Source of the DNA: Acidimicrobiales bacterium
Lineage (GTDB): Bacteria > Actinomycetota > Acidimicrobiia > Acidimicrobiales > AC-14
DNA: 49,982 nt
Assembly (NCBI GenBank): GCA_051003575.1
Contig: JBPCLE010000208.1
Coordinates: 1-49,982, forward strand
Direction of reading: 5' to 3'
Part shown: one piece after another, positions 17,477 to 26,679 of the stretch
Numbering within the stretch: the stretch's first letter is position 1
Layout: every line of letters starts with the position of its first letter
The notes under the pieces: generated by a model
Database searches by the model: none
Told to the model about the DNA's origin: nothing
Seen by the model: only the letters and a program-made list of their open reading frames with translations
Translations under genes and position numbers: made by a program

Positions 17477-17516
17477 GGTGACGCTTGAGCTTGCCCGGGC
17501 GTGCTCAAGTGTCACC
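17477..17516. terminator. 14-bp-stem hairpin between convergent guaA and the nucleotidyltransferase gene
   Basis: 'ggtgacgcttgagc' (17477-17490) pairs with 'gctcaagtgtcacc' (17503-17516), with one G-U pair and a 12-nt loop. Confidence 0.55.
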
Positions 17517-18080
17517 AGTTCGAGGGTGGGTCCCTCGGAGCAGGTTCCGGAGACGTGCCACTCGCGGGTACATGCCCGACCCGCGCAAGGCGACGAGCTG
17601 GCGCTCGATGTAGTCGATGTCGAGACCTGGTCTGAAGAAGGCGATTGAGCGTAGGTCGACCCAGTCCTTGGCTCGCCCGAAGGACAGCTTGAACAGGGCA
17701 AGATCCTCCGCCGACAGGAACGGCAGCGGGATGTGGTCCGGTCCGAAGGGGTGGCTGACGCAGCGGCGCTGAATCTCACCGTACCGCTCGTCGAGGGAGA
17801 GGAAGAGATCGACCGGATAGCCCCCGTGAGCCTGTCGCAGCCGGATTCCTGCCAACGGCAGCCACTGGTCGCGGCGACGTTCGGCCTGGAGGCCCAGGGC
17901 GCCAAGCGCGCCGAGAACAGTGTCGACCTCCTCCGTCGAGACGAACACGTTCACGTCGACATCGACGGTGCCGCGGGGGTCGGCGACATAGGCGAGGGCG
18001 AGCGCTCCCCCGAAGGCGTGGTCGAGGCCGGCGGCGGAGAGTGCGCCGTGGACATCGGAAACGAGGCCGACCAGGCTCAC
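17505..18080 (-). CDS. Minimal nucleotidyltransferase-fold protein (putative toxin-like partner)
   Basis: Pol-beta-type NTase signature 'FGGALALAYVADPRGTVDVDVNVF' (GG-x13-DxD) and a third acidic residue at 'VDLFL'. The GTG start overlaps the upstream stop (GTGA). Confidence 0.65.
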   Translation of the reverse strand: MSLVGLVSDVHGALSAAGLDHAFGGALALAYVADPRGTVDVDVNVFVSTEEVDTVLGALGALGLQAERRRDQWLPLAGIRLRQAHGGYPVDLFLSLDERYGEIQRRCVSHPFGPDHIPLPFLSAEDLALFKLSFGRAKDWVDLRSIAFFRPGLDIDYIERQLVALRGSGMYPRVARLRNLLRGTHPRTGDT

Positions 18081-18442
18081 GGGCGGGTGGCGTCGACCGC
18101 ATCGAGGACGGCGGTCACGGCGCGGACACGTTCCTCGACCGAGGCCGAACGGTCGAGGGCAGGCGCCTCGTCAGCTGGGTCTCCGGGGTCGCGCGACGGC
18201 AGGTCCTCGTCCGGGAACCAACCAGCGACGGGAAGGGGGCAGTAGACGATCCTGTCGCCAGCCGCGGCGGCAAGCTCGAAGCCGCAGCCCACGAGCAACC
18301 GGTTGAGCGTGTCGGCCGACGGGACTCGGCGGTCGTTCTCCACCGCGGAGATGTTCGACGCCCTGACGCCTGACACATCGGCCAGCTGTCGCTGGGTAAG
18401 GCCGCGAGCCTTGCGGACGGCGCGCACGAAGGTCCCGTACAT
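18077..18442 (-). CDS. XRE-family helix-turn-helix protein (putative antitoxin/regulator)
   Basis: 'VRKARGLTQRQLADVSGVRASNISAVENDRRVPSADTLNRLL' is a classic HTH_XRE. Start at ATG 18442. Confidence 0.8.
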   Translation of the reverse strand: MYGTFVRAVRKARGLTQRQLADVSGVRASNISAVENDRRVPSADTLNRLLVGCGFELAAAAGDRIVYCPLPVAGWFPDEDLPSRDPGDPADEAPALDRSASVEERVRAVTAVLDAVDATRP

Positions 18443-18453
18443 ACCTCGGAGTC

Positions 18454-18467
18454 TATCGAACTCGATA
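18454..18467. promoter_or_regulatory. Palindrome 'tatcga-ac-tcgata' upstream of the XRE gene (candidate operator)
   Basis: Perfect 6+6 inverted repeat, 12-25 nt upstream of the XRE start, in the divergent intergenic region shared with pcrA. Confidence 0.35.
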
Positions 18468-18521
18468 ATGCCCAGCGAGCTCGGCCCTGGCGAAATGGGG
18501 CGTCGGTAGGCTGAGGGCCGG

Positions 18522-20759
18522 ATGCCGCCGCCGGACCTGCTCGAGAACCTCAACCCGGTCCAGCGGGAGGCCGTCACCCACCCCGGCGGGCCGCTGCTGA
18601 TCGTGGCCGGCGCCGGCTCCGGGAAGACCCGGGTGCTGACCTCCCGGGTGGCGTGGCTGATCAAGGACCAGGGCGTCTCCCCGTTCGAGATCCTGGCCAT
18701 CACGTTCACCAACAAGGCCGCGGACGAGATGAAGGGCCGGGTGGCCGCCCTGGTCGGCCCGGTGGCCCGCAAGATGTGGGTGTCGACCTTCCACTCGGCC
18801 TGCGTGCGCATCCTGCGCCGTGACGGCCACCACCTGGGCTACTCGTCGTCGTTCGCCATCTACGACCAGTCCGACGCCGAGCGCCTGACCGCCTACGTGC
18901 TGCGCGACGAGAACCTCGACACCAAGCGCTTCCCACCCCGCAGCGTGCACGCCACCATCAGCGCGGCGAAGAACGACCTGGTCAGCGTCGACCACTACTC
19001 CGACCGCGCCCGGGGGCCTTTCGAGACGCGCATCGCCCAGGTGTACCGGGAGTACCAGCGCCGGCTCGTCGCCGCCAACGCCATGGACTTCGACGACCTG
19101 CTGGTGCGCTCCGTCGAGCTCCTGCGGGCCCAGCCGCACGTGCTGGCGTACTACCAGGACCGGTTCCGCCACGTGCTCGTCGACGAGTACCAGGACACCA
19201 ACCGGGCCCAGAACGAGCTGGTGGTGCAGCTCGCCCGCACTCACCGCAACATCTGCGTGGTGGGCGACTCCGATCAGAGCGTCTACCGGTTCCGGGGTGC
19301 CGACATCCGCAACATCCTCGAGTTCGAGGACAAGTTCCCCGATGCCACGGTGATCGTGCTGGAGCAGAACTACCGGTCGACCTCGACCATCCTCGACGCC
19401 GCCAACGCCGTCATCGCCAACAACGCCATGCGCCGGCCCAAGGCGCTGTGGACCGAGCAGATCGGCGGCGAGCTCATCCGGCGCTACTTCGCCGAGGACG
19501 AGCACGAGGAGTCGATCTGGGTCTGCCGGGAGATGCAGCGCCTGCATGAGACCGAGCACCAGCGTTGGGGCGACATGGCCGTCTTCTACCGGACCAACGC
19601 CATGAGCCGCGTCATCGAGGAACAGCTCGTCCGCCTGAAGATCCCCTACCGGGTCGTCGGCGGCACCCGCTTCTACGACCGGCGAGAGGTGAAAGACGCC
19701 CTGGCCTACCTGCGGGCGGTGGTGAACCCCAACGACGAGGTGTCGGTCAAGCGCATCATCAACGTGCCCAAGCGGGGCGTGGGCGACACCAGCCTGGCCC
19801 GTCTCGACGCCTGGGCCACCAGCCACGGCCGCCCCTTCGTCGACGCGCTGGCCAAGGCCGAGGAGGCCGGCGTGGGTGGGCGGGCGCTGGCCGGCGTGAC
19901 CCGGCTGGTGGCGCTGCTCGACGGGCTGCGGGCCTCCGCTGCGTTCGGCCACGCAGGCAGGGGCGGATCGCCGGCGGAGATGCTCGAGGCGGTGCTCGAC
20001 CGCACCGGCTACGCCGACGAGCTGCGGGCCGACGGGGGTGTGGAGGCGACCGGGCGGCTGGAGAACCTGGCCGAGCTGGTCGGCGTGGCCCGGGAGTACG
20101 AGCAGGTCGCGGTCGACGAGGCTCGGGAGGCCTCGGTGGCCGAGTTCCTCGAGACGGTCAGCCTGGTGGCCGACGCCGACCAGATCCCCGACGACAGCTC
20201 CAGCGTGGTCCTCATGACCCTCCACACGGCCAAGGGCCTGGAGTTCCCGGCCGTCTTCCTCATCGGCCTGGAGGACGGCGTGTTCCCCCACCTGCGGTCC
20301 CTCGGCGAGCCCGACGAGCTGGAGGAGGAGCGCCGGCTCTGCTACGTGGGCATCACCCGGGCGCGCGAGCGCCTGCACCTCTCGCACGCGTGGAGCCGGT
20401 CGCTCTTCGGGACGACGCAGTACAACCCGCCGAGCCGGTTCCTCAAGGAGATCCCCGAGCAGCTCACCGAGCTGGTCGAGGGCAGCCGTCAGCGGGGCCG
20501 TTCGTCGTCGGGTTCGTGGGGGCGGGACCGGATCGTCGAGAACGCGGCGCGGCCGGCGCCGGCCACCCGTCCGGTGCGGTCAACAGGTGCCGAGCGCCTG
20601 GGAATCCGGGTGGGCGACGACGTGGTGCACGGCAAGTTCGGGGAGGGCGTGGTGCTGGAGATGATCGGTGGGGGCGACGCCGCCGAGGTGATCGTCCGGT
20701 TCCCCGGCGTGGGCGAGAAGCGGTTGCTGCTGGCCTGGTCGCCGATCAAGAAGGCGTGA
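18522..20759 (+). CDS. pcrA: ATP-dependent DNA helicase PcrA/UvrD (SF1)
   Basis: 'LNPVQREAV', 'AGAGSGKT', 'FTNKAA.EM', 'VDEYQDTN', 'GDSDQSVYRFRGA', 'LEQNYRST', 'TLHTAKGLEF' and 'YVGITRA'. Confidence 0.95.
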   Translation: MPPPDLLENLNPVQREAVTHPGGPLLIVAGAGSGKTRVLTSRVAWLIKDQGVSPFEILAITFTNKAADEMKGRVAALVGPVARKMWVSTFHSACVRILRRDGHHLGYSSSFAIYDQSDAERLTAYVLRDENLDTKRFPPRSVHATISAAKNDLVSVDHYSDRARGPFETRIAQVYREYQRRLVAANAMDFDDLLVRSVELLRAQPHVLAYYQDRFRHVLVDEYQDTNRAQNELVVQLARTHRNICVVGDSDQSVYRFRGADIRNILEFEDKFPDATVIVLEQNYRSTSTILDAANAVIANNAMRRPKALWTEQIGGELIRRYFAEDEHEESIWVCREMQRLHETEHQRWGDMAVFYRTNAMSRVIEEQLVRLKIPYRVVGGTRFYDRREVKDALAYLRAVVNPNDEVSVKRIINVPKRGVGDTSLARLDAWATSHGRPFVDALAKAEEAGVGGRALAGVTRLVALLDGLRASAAFGHAGRGGSPAEMLEAVLDRTGYADELRADGGVEATGRLENLAELVGVAREYEQVAVDEAREASVAEFLETVSLVADADQIPDDSSSVVLMTLHTAKGLEFPAVFLIGLEDGVFPHLRSLGEPDELEEERRLCYVGITRARERLHLSHAWSRSLFGTTQYNPPSRFLKEIPEQLTELVEGSRQRGRSSSGSWGRDRIVENAARPAPATRPVRSTGAERLGIRVGDDVVHGKFGEGVVLEMIGGGDAAEVIVRFPGVGEKRLLLAWSPIKKA

Positions 20760-21234
20760 CGGCCCGCAGGTGGGCGGGCGGCTCGCCGGTCGCGAGCCGG
20801 CGCAGCGGGTGCCGCCGCGCCGCCGGCGCCTCATCGGTGGCGGGGTGCAGCCCGAACCAGGCGAGCTGGTTGACCTGGCCCGACCCGTCGATGGCGGCCA
20901 GCTCACCCCAGCCCTGCGCGGAGGGGTGGCCCTGGCGCAGCCTGCGAAAGGCGTCCCACGCCTCCTCCTCGGAGTCGTAGGTGCCCACAAGGTCGCGCAG
21001 GCCGCCGGCGGGGTGGCGGTGCGAGCCGGCGAAGAGCAGGAAGTTGTGGGGCGTTCCGACCTCGCGCGGGTCGATGCCCAGGCGTGAGCAGAGCTCGTCG
21101 ACCGGTATTTCGACCGGCTCGATGGCGTCGCCGTAGAGCCAGCCCAGCAGTCGGACCACCCTCCTGGTGCGCACGTACTCGATGGCCAGCCCGTTCCTGC
21201 GGGTCGCCGTCCCCAACCGCTTGGCCCTGCCCAT
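20746..21234 (-). CDS. Hypothetical protein (162 aa)
   Basis: ATG 21234 is preceded by the RBS 'aaagggag'. No recognised motif. Its 3' end overlaps pcrA by 14 nt. Confidence 0.55.
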   Translation of the reverse strand: MGRAKRLGTATRRNGLAIEYVRTRRVVRLLGWLYGDAIEPVEIPVDELCSRLGIDPREVGTPHNFLLFAGSHRHPAGGLRDLVGTYDSEEEAWDAFRRLRQGHPSAQGWGELAAIDGSGQVNQLAWFGLHPATDEAPAARRHPLRRLATGEPPAHLRAVTPS

Positions 21235-21342
21235 GACGCTCCCTTTCCAGATGGTGCTGCGCGTGCCACTATTCGGCCAGATCTCGGCGGCTGGGGAAAT
21301 GGTGATGCCCGGTGTCTTCCCTCTGGGTGCTACCACCCCCTG

Positions 21343-22032
21343 ATGAGGGAGGATGGGGCGTTGGAGCAGCTCAGGGTGGTGATCGCCGACGACGAGTACC
21401 TGGTGCGCGAGGGCGCACGGAGCGTGCTCTCGGCGGTGCCGGGCATCGAGGTCGTCGGGCTGGCGGGCGACCCCACCGAGCTGATGGCGGTCATCGAGGA
21501 GACCTCGCCTGACGCCGTCGTGCTCGACATCAAGATGCCGCCCACCCACCGGGCCGAGGGGATCGAGGCCGCGCACCATATCCGGGAGAAGTACCCGGCC
21601 ATCGGGGTGGTGATCCTCTCCCAGTACGCCGACCCGGAGTACGCCATCGAGCTGTTGCGCGACGGGTCGAACCAGCTCGCCTACCTGCTGAAGGAGCGGC
21701 TGGGCCGGCCCGCGCAGCTGGCCGAGGCCATCCGGGAGGTATCCCAGGGCGGCTCGATCCTCGACCCCAAGGTGGTCGACGCCCTCATGGAGGCCCAGCG
21801 CCGGCGGTCTCGATCAAGGCTCCACGGCCTCACCGAGCGCGAGCACGAGGTACTCACCCTCATGGCCACCGGGCGCACCAACGCGGCCATCGCCGGCACC
21901 CTCTACCTGTCCGAGCGGGCGGTGGAGAAGCACATCAACGGCATCTTCCGGAAGCTGGGGCTGTCCGAGGAGCTGGACATCAACCACCGGGTGGCGGCGG
22001 TCCTGTTCTTCCTGCAGCGGAGCGTCGACTAG
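21343..22032 (+). CDS. Response regulator, NarL/LuxR family
   Basis: REC domain ('VVIADDEYLVREG', 'VVLDIKMP') plus a LuxR HTH ('LTEREHEVLTLMATGRTNAAIAGTLYLSERAVEKHI'). Confidence 0.93.
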   Translation: MREDGALEQLRVVIADDEYLVREGARSVLSAVPGIEVVGLAGDPTELMAVIEETSPDAVVLDIKMPPTHRAEGIEAAHHIREKYPAIGVVILSQYADPEYAIELLRDGSNQLAYLLKERLGRPAQLAEAIREVSQGGSILDPKVVDALMEAQRRRSRSRLHGLTEREHEVLTLMATGRTNAAIAGTLYLSERAVEKHINGIFRKLGLSEELDINHRVAAVLFFLQRSVD

Positions 22033-22051
22033 AGGCTCCGGCCAATTCGGC

Positions 22052-23728
22052 CTAGCCGGCGGGGATCTCCGCCCGCACCGGGAACTCGGCCACGACCTCG
22101 GTGCCGGCGCCGGGGGTGGAGGTGATCGCCAGCGTGCCGCCGAAGGAGCGGACCCGGTCGTCCATGTGGAGCAGGCCGCCCCGCCGGCGGCCCTCGTCGA
22201 CCGCGAAGCCCCGCCCGTCGTCGGCCACCGAGACGCGCAGCCAGCCGTCGGCCAGCGACAACGAGATGTCGATCGTGGAAGCACCCGAGTGCTTGAGGGC
22301 GTTGGTGACCGCCTCACCGAGCAGGAAGTAGGCCCCGCTCTCCAGCTCGGGGACCAGGCGGGGGAAGTCCTCGGGCTCGCAGGCCAGGCGCACCGAGACG
22401 GGCAGGCGGCCGGCGTAGCTATGCAGGGCGGCGGTGAGGCCCCGGTCGACGAGGATCGACGGGTACAGGTCGTGCGTCACCTCCCGCAGGCCCTCGATCA
22501 CCGAGTCGAGCTGGCCGCCGAGGCGGGCGACGTCGTCGCCGCCATCCTCCAGCATGCCCACCTGCATCCGCAGCACGACGAGCTGCTGCTGGAGGCCGTC
22601 GTGGAGGTCGCGGGCCAGGCGGTGGCGCTCGCCGTCCTGGGCGGCGACGATGCGCCGGCTGCTCTCCCGCAGCTCCTCGGCCTGGGTCGCGATCGTGTCG
22701 AGCCGGGCCTGGGGCTCCATGCGCATGTGCTCCAGCGAGCCGGCGAGCCGGGCGATCTCGTCGCCGCCGGCGGCCCGGAAGGTGGCCTTGCCGTCGCCGC
22801 CGGCCACCTGGCCGGCGGTGGCGGCCAGGTCCACGAGTGGGCGAATGAGGGCCCGGACCAGCAGCCAGCCGAGCCCCAGCGCCACCAAGGCCGACAGGAG
22901 GGCGGAGACCAGGCGGGTCTGGGCCAACGAGCGGTCGAGGGCGCCGGTGGGATCGCTCAGCACCACCCCGATCGCCCCGCCGGCACCCTCGACCGAGCGG
23001 CTGACCGGCGTGTAGGCGACCATGCTGCGGGTGCCGGCGAGGGTCACCACGGTGGGCTCGCTCGGGACCTCACGCGTCGCCCCGTCCTGCGCCGGCGGCG
23101 TGACCGGTTGCTCGGGCAGCGTGGAGCCCGCCATCTGACCGCCGGCCACGAGCACGATGTGGTCCAGGCTGCCGATCTGCTTGCGGAGACGGTACGCGAA
23201 CGGGTCCTGGAACTCGTAGCCGGCGAGCAGGACCAGCGGGGCGGGGCCGCTGGCGAGGGCGACGGGAACGGCCTGCACGTACCGGCCGTCGGTGGTGCGC
23301 AGCAGCCGGCTGGCCGGGGCCAGCGACACCCGTTCGTCGGGGGCGCCCGAGGGCGACTCGAGGGTCGAACCCACGCCGATCGCCGGCGACAGGTCCTGCC
23401 CGGTGGCGTCGAGCACCCGCAGGATGCCCAGCTCCAGGTTGCCCCGGGCCCGGCCCAGCTCGGCGATGAGGTCGGGCCGGCGCTGGGGCGCCAGCAGGCC
23501 CCGGCCGGCCAGCGTCTCGGCCAGGTTGCGGGTGTTGACGACGAGGGCCCGTTCGCGCTCGCTGTATGCCTCCTGGAGCACGCTCAGGCGGCTGCGGGCG
23601 GCCCGTTCGGCCTGGGTGTCGAGGGTCTCCCGGGTGAGCCGCGACGCGACCACGGCGGTGACCATCCCCGACACCGCCAGGGCCACGACCAGCGCCCCCA
23701 CCACCTTGAAGAGGATCGAGCGGGTCAT
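22052..23728 (-). CDS. Sensor histidine kinase (HisKA_3/NarX-type) with a large extracytoplasmic domain and HAMP
   Basis: H-box 'ERHRLARDLHDGLQQQL', N-box 'EAVTNALKHS', 'DDGRGF', 'GGLLHMDDRV'. Two TM segments flank a ~250-aa loop. Confidence 0.92.
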   Translation of the reverse strand: MTRSILFKVVGALVVALAVSGMVTAVVASRLTRETLDTQAERAARSRLSVLQEAYSERERALVVNTRNLAETLAGRGLLAPQRRPDLIAELGRARGNLELGILRVLDATGQDLSPAIGVGSTLESPSGAPDERVSLAPASRLLRTTDGRYVQAVPVALASGPAPLVLLAGYEFQDPFAYRLRKQIGSLDHIVLVAGGQMAGSTLPEQPVTPPAQDGATREVPSEPTVVTLAGTRSMVAYTPVSRSVEGAGGAIGVVLSDPTGALDRSLAQTRLVSALLSALVALGLGWLLVRALIRPLVDLAATAGQVAGGDGKATFRAAGGDEIARLAGSLEHMRMEPQARLDTIATQAEELRESSRRIVAAQDGERHRLARDLHDGLQQQLVVLRMQVGMLEDGGDDVARLGGQLDSVIEGLREVTHDLYPSILVDRGLTAALHSYAGRLPVSVRLACEPEDFPRLVPELESGAYFLLGEAVTNALKHSGASTIDISLSLADGWLRVSVADDGRGFAVDEGRRRGGLLHMDDRVRSFGGTLAITSTPGAGTEVVAEFPVRAEIPAG

Positions 23729-24972
23729 GGGTGCAGGACGGCGAGTGCCCCGGCCTGAGCGTTCTTCAGCGCCACCCGGGGGTCGGCGCCGCCAGGGCGG
23801 AACACGTCCTCCAGCGCGGCGGTGAACTGCTCCGACGGCCCGTCGAATGCCCCCAGCTTGGGCGGGTGGGCCGTCCGCAACTGCTCCAGGAAGACCTGGA
23901 GCGCCGGTTCGGCGAAGAAGGGGTCGTCGAAGACACGGGGGCGCACGGGGAGCCGGCCCTCCTCCTTCGCCAGACGGAGGGCGCTGGCGTCGGAGATGAG
24001 GTGGGTCATGAACTCAAAGGCCAGCTCCCGCTGCGCCGCCCCCTTGGGAACCCACATGCTGCTCCCCCCCATGGCCGAGCCCGAGGCGCCTGTCGGGCCC
24101 CGGGGCATCAGCGCCGCCCGGAAGTCCGCCCCGGGCAGGCCGCGCCGCAGGGCCACGAGGTCCCACGAGCCGCTGGCGTGGATGGCCACCGAGCCCGAGG
24201 CGAAGAGGGCGACGGCGTCGCCGGTGTGGGAGTCGGCGGCGCGGGGCCCGAAGGCGTAGCCCTTTCGGATCAGCCCGGACAGGAACGACACCGCCTGGAC
24301 CACCTCGGGCGAGTCGAGGTGGAGCTGGACCCTCCCGTCGTCGCCGATCTCCACGGTCTCCCCGCCGTTGGCCCTGATCCACCCGTAGGTCCACCACGTG
24401 CTGTTGGGCACCACGAAGCCCCGGCGCTGCCCGTCGGCGCTGGTCAGCTGCTGCACGAGGGTCTCGAACTCTGCGAAGGTCATGGCCGGGCCGGGCTCGG
24501 CCACCCCGGCCTGGCGCAGCAAATCGGCGTTGTAGAGGAGCACCAGCGCGTTGGTGTCGAGCGGCACGCCGTAGCGGCGGCCGGCCCACGTCACGTCCTC
24601 GACCGCGCCGGGGAAGAACTCCGCCTCGGTGAGGTGGGCCGCCCACAGGTCGTCGAGGGGCTCGGCCAGGCCCTGGCCGGCGGCGGAGAAGGCGTGGCTC
24701 TGGACGAGGTCGGGCGGCCCCCCGCTGCCGATGCCGGCGCGCACCGCGTCGGTGAGCAGGGAGATCGGGCCCTTCTCGATGACCACGCGCACGGTCGGGT
24801 GCCCTCGCTCGAAGCTGCGGACTGCGTCGACGAACGGGATCGTGACCCAGTCGTCGGTCATCAGGACCCGCAGCAGGGTGGTGGGTTGCTCAGCGCTCCC
24901 CGAACCGCAGGCCGCGCCCAGGGCGGCCAGGCAGAGCAGGACGGCCACGACACGCCTCCGGCCACCGCTCAC
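23725..24972 (-). CDS. Extracellular solute-binding lipoprotein (ABC family-1, sugar-type), with no cognate permease or ATPase genes nearby
   Basis: Lipobox 'LLCLAALGAACGSG' and 'GRRYGVPLDTNALVLLYNADLL'. The stop overlaps the kinase start (ATGA, 23725-23728). Start inferred at GTG 24972; the track ORF extends to 25182. Confidence 0.8.
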   Translation of the reverse strand: MSGGRRRVVAVLLCLAALGAACGSGSAEQPTTLLRVLMTDDWVTIPFVDAVRSFERGHPTVRVVIEKGPISLLTDAVRAGIGSGGPPDLVQSHAFSAAGQGLAEPLDDLWAAHLTEAEFFPGAVEDVTWAGRRYGVPLDTNALVLLYNADLLRQAGVAEPGPAMTFAEFETLVQQLTSADGQRRGFVVPNSTWWTYGWIRANGGETVEIGDDGRVQLHLDSPEVVQAVSFLSGLIRKGYAFGPRAADSHTGDAVALFASGSVAIHASGSWDLVALRRGLPGADFRAALMPRGPTGASGSAMGGSSMWVPKGAAQRELAFEFMTHLISDASALRLAKEEGRLPVRPRVFDDPFFAEPALQVFLEQLRTAHPPKLGAFDGPSEQFTAALEDVFRPGGADPRVALKNAQAGALAVLHP

Positions 24973-25028
24973 CCCCGAAGCGAACCAGCCCCGGCGCCGG
25001 CGCGCAAGGGTGGTAGCACCCGTGTGGT

Positions 25029-25517
25029 TCAGGGAGTGGGGCTGCTGAGGTCGACGACGACGATGCCGTCGTCGTTCACCGTCGTCGGGAACCGCACCAG
25101 GCCGGCGCCGTCGGGCGGGTAGACCGTGCCGTCGCAGGGGTCGACGAACTGCCGGTTGCCCTGCTCCCACTTCAGCACGCATTGGCGGGAGGCGCCGGCG
25201 GCGCGGGCCTCGAAGGCCAGCCAGGAGTCGTCCTCGTCGAGGTGCTGGATGTCGCCGAGGTGCTGGATGAAGATGTCGCGGGACCGGCCCTGGGGGTCGG
25301 GGAACAGCAGGGGCCCGTCCCTGGCGATGGACCGGGCGTAGTCGGTGGCCCTGCCGAGCTCGAACTGCGCGTTGCGGTTGCCGGCGCCGCCGGCCGGCGC
25401 CGAGCTCGTCGAGGTCACTCGGGTCATCACCGCGAAGAGCAGTGCTGCGGCTAACACGGCGCCCACCGCGGTGAAGAGCACCGTGCGGCGCTGGGTGGGG
25501 TCGTCGGGCTCGGTCAC
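25029..25517 (-). CDS. Hypothetical membrane-anchored protein (162 aa)
   Basis: Single N-terminal TM 'VLFTAVGAVLAAALLFAV' followed by a soluble domain. Start inferred at GTG 25517. Confidence 0.55.
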   Translation of the reverse strand: MTEPDDPTQRRTVLFTAVGAVLAAALLFAVMTRVTSTSSAPAGGAGNRNAQFELGRATDYARSIARDGPLLFPDPQGRSRDIFIQHLGDIQHLDEDDSWLAFEARAAGASRQCVLKWEQGNRQFVDPCDGTVYPPDGAGLVRFPTTVNDDGIVVVDLSSPTP

Positions 25518-25536
25518 CCCCCTAGTATGCGGGGCG

Positions 25537-26679
25537 GTGGATCTCCTCGAGCACGCGGGCAAGCGGGTCCTGGCCGCCCACGGGGTCAGCGTCCCCATGG
25601 GCCATCTCGCGTCCGACGCCGGCGGGGCCGTCGCCGCCGGCGACGCCATCGGCTACCCGGTGGTGGTCAAGGCCCAGGTGCCGGTCGGCGGGCGGGGCAA
25701 GGCCGGCGGGGTGAAGGTGGCGAACGATGCCGGCGAGCTGGCCGAGGCCGCCGCGGCCATCCTCGGGATGTCCATCAAAGGCCACGTGGTGCGCACGGTG
25801 TGGGTGGAGGAGGCGCTGAACGCCGCGCGCGAGCTCTACGTGTCGTTCACCTTCGACCGGGCCGCCAAGGCCCACCTGGGCATGCTCTCGGCCCGGGGCG
25901 GGATCGACATCGAGCAGGTGGCCGCCGAGTCGCCGGAGGCGATCCACCGTTTCCACGTCAACCCCCTCGACGGGTTCTCGCTCGATAGCGGGACGGCGGC
26001 CGTGGCCGGCGCCGGCATCGCCGGCGAGGCCGCCGGGCCACTGGCCGACCTGCTGGTGCAGCTCTACGACGCCTACGTGGGCGAGGACGCCGAGCTGGTG
26101 GAGATAAACCCGCTGGCGGTCGTGGCCGACGGGCGGGTGCTGGCCATGGACGCCAAGGTCGTCCTCGACGACAACGCCGCCTTCCGCCACCCGGCGTGGG
26201 AGGAATGGCGCGACCTCGACGGCCTCGATCCCCGTGAGCGGGCGGCCCGGACCAAGGGCCTGACCTACGTCGGCCTCGACGGCAGCGTGGGCATCATCGG
26301 CAACGGCGCCGGCCTGGTGATGAGCACGCTCGACGTGGTGGCCCAGGTGGGCGGGAGCGCGGCCAACTTCCTCGACGTGGGCGGGGGCGCGGCCGCCGAC
26401 GTGATCACCGCTGCCCTGGAGGTCGTGAACGACGACCCGGCGGTGCGGGCCATCCTCGTGAACATCTTCGGGGGGATCACCCGGGGCGAGGAGGTGGCGA
26501 GGGGAATCGTCGAGGCGTTGGGCCGGGTCGACCTGCGCAGCCCGATCGTCGTCCGCCTCGACGGCACGAACGCCGAGGAGGGGCGGGCCATCCTCGCCGG
26601 CCACGAGTCCGAGCGGCTGGTGTCGCGCCCCACCATGCTGGAGGCGGCCAGCACCGCGGTGGAGCTGGCGGCCCGATGA
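25537..26679 (+). CDS. sucC: Succinate--CoA ligase (ADP-forming) subunit beta
   Basis: '[20 protein letters not shown]...[19 protein letters not shown]' aligns with the SucC N-terminus. '[12 protein letters not shown]' is also present. Start at GTG 25537. Confidence 0.93.
   Translation: MDLLEHAGKRVLAAHGVSVPMGHLASDAGGAVAAGDAIGYPVVVKAQVPVGGRGKAGGVKVANDAGELAEAAAAILGMSIKGHVVRTVWVEEALNAARELYVSFTFDRAAKAHLGMLSARGGIDIEQVAAESPEAIHRFHVNPLDGFSLDSGTAAVAGAGIAGEAAGPLADLLVQLYDAYVGEDAELVEINPLAVVADGRVLAMDAKVVLDDNAAFRHPAWEEWRDLDGLDPRERAARTKGLTYVGLDGSVGIIGNGAGLVMSTLDVVAQVGGSAANFLDVGGGAAADVITAALEVVNDDPAVRAILVNIFGGITRGEEVARGIVEALGRVDLRSPIVVRLDGTNAEEGRAILAGHESERLVSRPTMLEAASTAVELAAR

Noticed and set aside
18453-20387. 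644-aa minus-strand ORF antisense to pcrA
   Set aside because: The plus-strand frame has all SF1 helicase motifs. The antisense ORF has a biased, motif-free composition.
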